Shown piece by piece: positions 31,586 to 32,000 of a DNA stretch of 32,000 nucleotides. The DNA is taken from assembly GCA_963675915.1 (NCBI GenBank), contig OY780959.1, positions 660,001 to 692,000 of the forward strand, written 5' to 3'. Below the pieces are notes generated by a model. That model had not been told where the DNA came from, searched no databases, and saw nothing but the letters and a program-made list of their open reading frames with translations. Positions within the stretch are counted from its first letter, which is position 1. The number at the start of each line of letters is the position of its first letter. This stretch comes from Coprobacillaceae bacterium. Lineage in GTDB: Bacteria; Bacillota_I; Bacilli_A; Erysipelotrichales; Coprobacillaceae. The position numbers and the translations under genes were made by a program.

Positions 31586-32000
31586 TGAGTTTCAAGGAAA
31601 AATTCAAAGAGTATCAGCAACGAAGAGAGGCCAAGGCCTACTTCAATAAAAACAACAGTTACAAGTTTTCGCAAATTGATTTTGTGGTGGCTTTTGGGAT
31701 AACTTTGGCAATCGGAATTTTTGGCCTGATTGCCCTAAGATATATCACCACAACCATCAGAATCAATTTCAGTTTTCTCTATGTGATTCTTGGTTATCTG
31801 GGGGCCCAAGGGGTTCTTAGATACAAGGGGAATGGAGGAAATGTCGAGGCAGCGCTTGTCAGCGGGGCCGGAATGTTCCTGGGAATGATCATCGGGGATG
31901 CATTTTATCTTGCATCAATCGTCGGAACTTATGGTCTTAGTGTCAATTTACTTGATTTGGGGCTGTATGTTTCAAGCTTTCAAAGACTGTTCACTTCGAA
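31585..32000 (+). CDS. Hypothetical membrane protein (5' partial; runs off the window)
   Basis: The ATG at 31585 overlaps the galU stop (TAATG). The frame stays open to the end of the window. Translation MSFKEKFKEYQQRREAKAYF... is followed by several hydrophobic segments. It is absent from the ORF track because no stop codon is reached. Confidence 0.55.
   Translation, partial: MSFKEKFKEYQQRREAKAYFNKNNSYKFSQIDFVVAFGITLAIGIFGLIALRYITTTIRINFSFLYVILGYLGAQGVLRYKGNGGNVEAALVSGAGMFLGMIIGDAFYLASIVGTYGLSVNLLDLGLYVSSFQRLFTS

Noticed and set aside
1-32000. Window-wide search for tRNA or rRNA genes, CRISPR arrays, IS elements or transposases, integrases, prophage genes and long direct or inverted repeats.
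   Set aside because: None was found by eye. Intergenic regions are short and explained by promoters and terminators. tRNA-like snippets such as GGTTCGAACC at about 15305 lie in frame inside rimI, without acceptor or anticodon arms.

Overview
This window is a chromosomal, mostly housekeeping segment from a low-GC Gram-positive bacterium (Bacillota; gene content and synteny resemble Bacilli or Erysipelotrichia). I support about 33 CDS, 9 intrinsic terminators and several sigma-A-type promoters. I see no rRNA, tRNA, CRISPR array, IS element, integrase or long repeat.

Gene content, in order:
- rpsT.
- A translationally coupled Psp envelope-stress operon: pspA, an SPFH/YdjI-like gene, a zinc-ribbon/YdjG-like gene and a TPM/YdjH-like gene.
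- fmt, a small XRE HTH protein, an M18 aminopeptidase and signal peptidase I.
- A monocistronic 587-aa PEPCK/HprK-superfamily protein.
- Two orphan genes, then rpsO and a solitary MazF/PemK-like gene.
- A DUF1275 (YoaK-like) gene and ackA on the minus strand.
- A roughly 8-kb array with no internal terminator: ntdp, tsaE, tsaB, rimI, tsaD, rex, asnS and two unusual fusion genes.
- A DEAD-box helicase, ppdK and a PfkB sugar kinase.
- A final operon: MBL-fold hydrolase, L-asparaginase, degenerate DprA-like protein, rhomboid protease, galU and a partial membrane protein.

The most interesting items:
1. The coupled gene pair at 18491-21329. It consists of a calcineurin-like phosphoesterase with a roughly 200-aa unknown N-domain, followed by an intact D-2-hydroxyacid dehydrogenase with a roughly 142-aa unknown N-domain. 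It sits downstream of rex-asnS.
2. The divergent PEPCK-like enzyme at 7162-8925, which has an HprK-type P-loop and the codon usage of a highly expressed gene.
3. A MazF-fold protein with no antitoxin gene and an N-terminal extension.
4. A DprA-fold paralogue that has lost the DprA signature motifs.

All homology statements come from reading the translations and comparing them with remembered family motifs. No searches were run.
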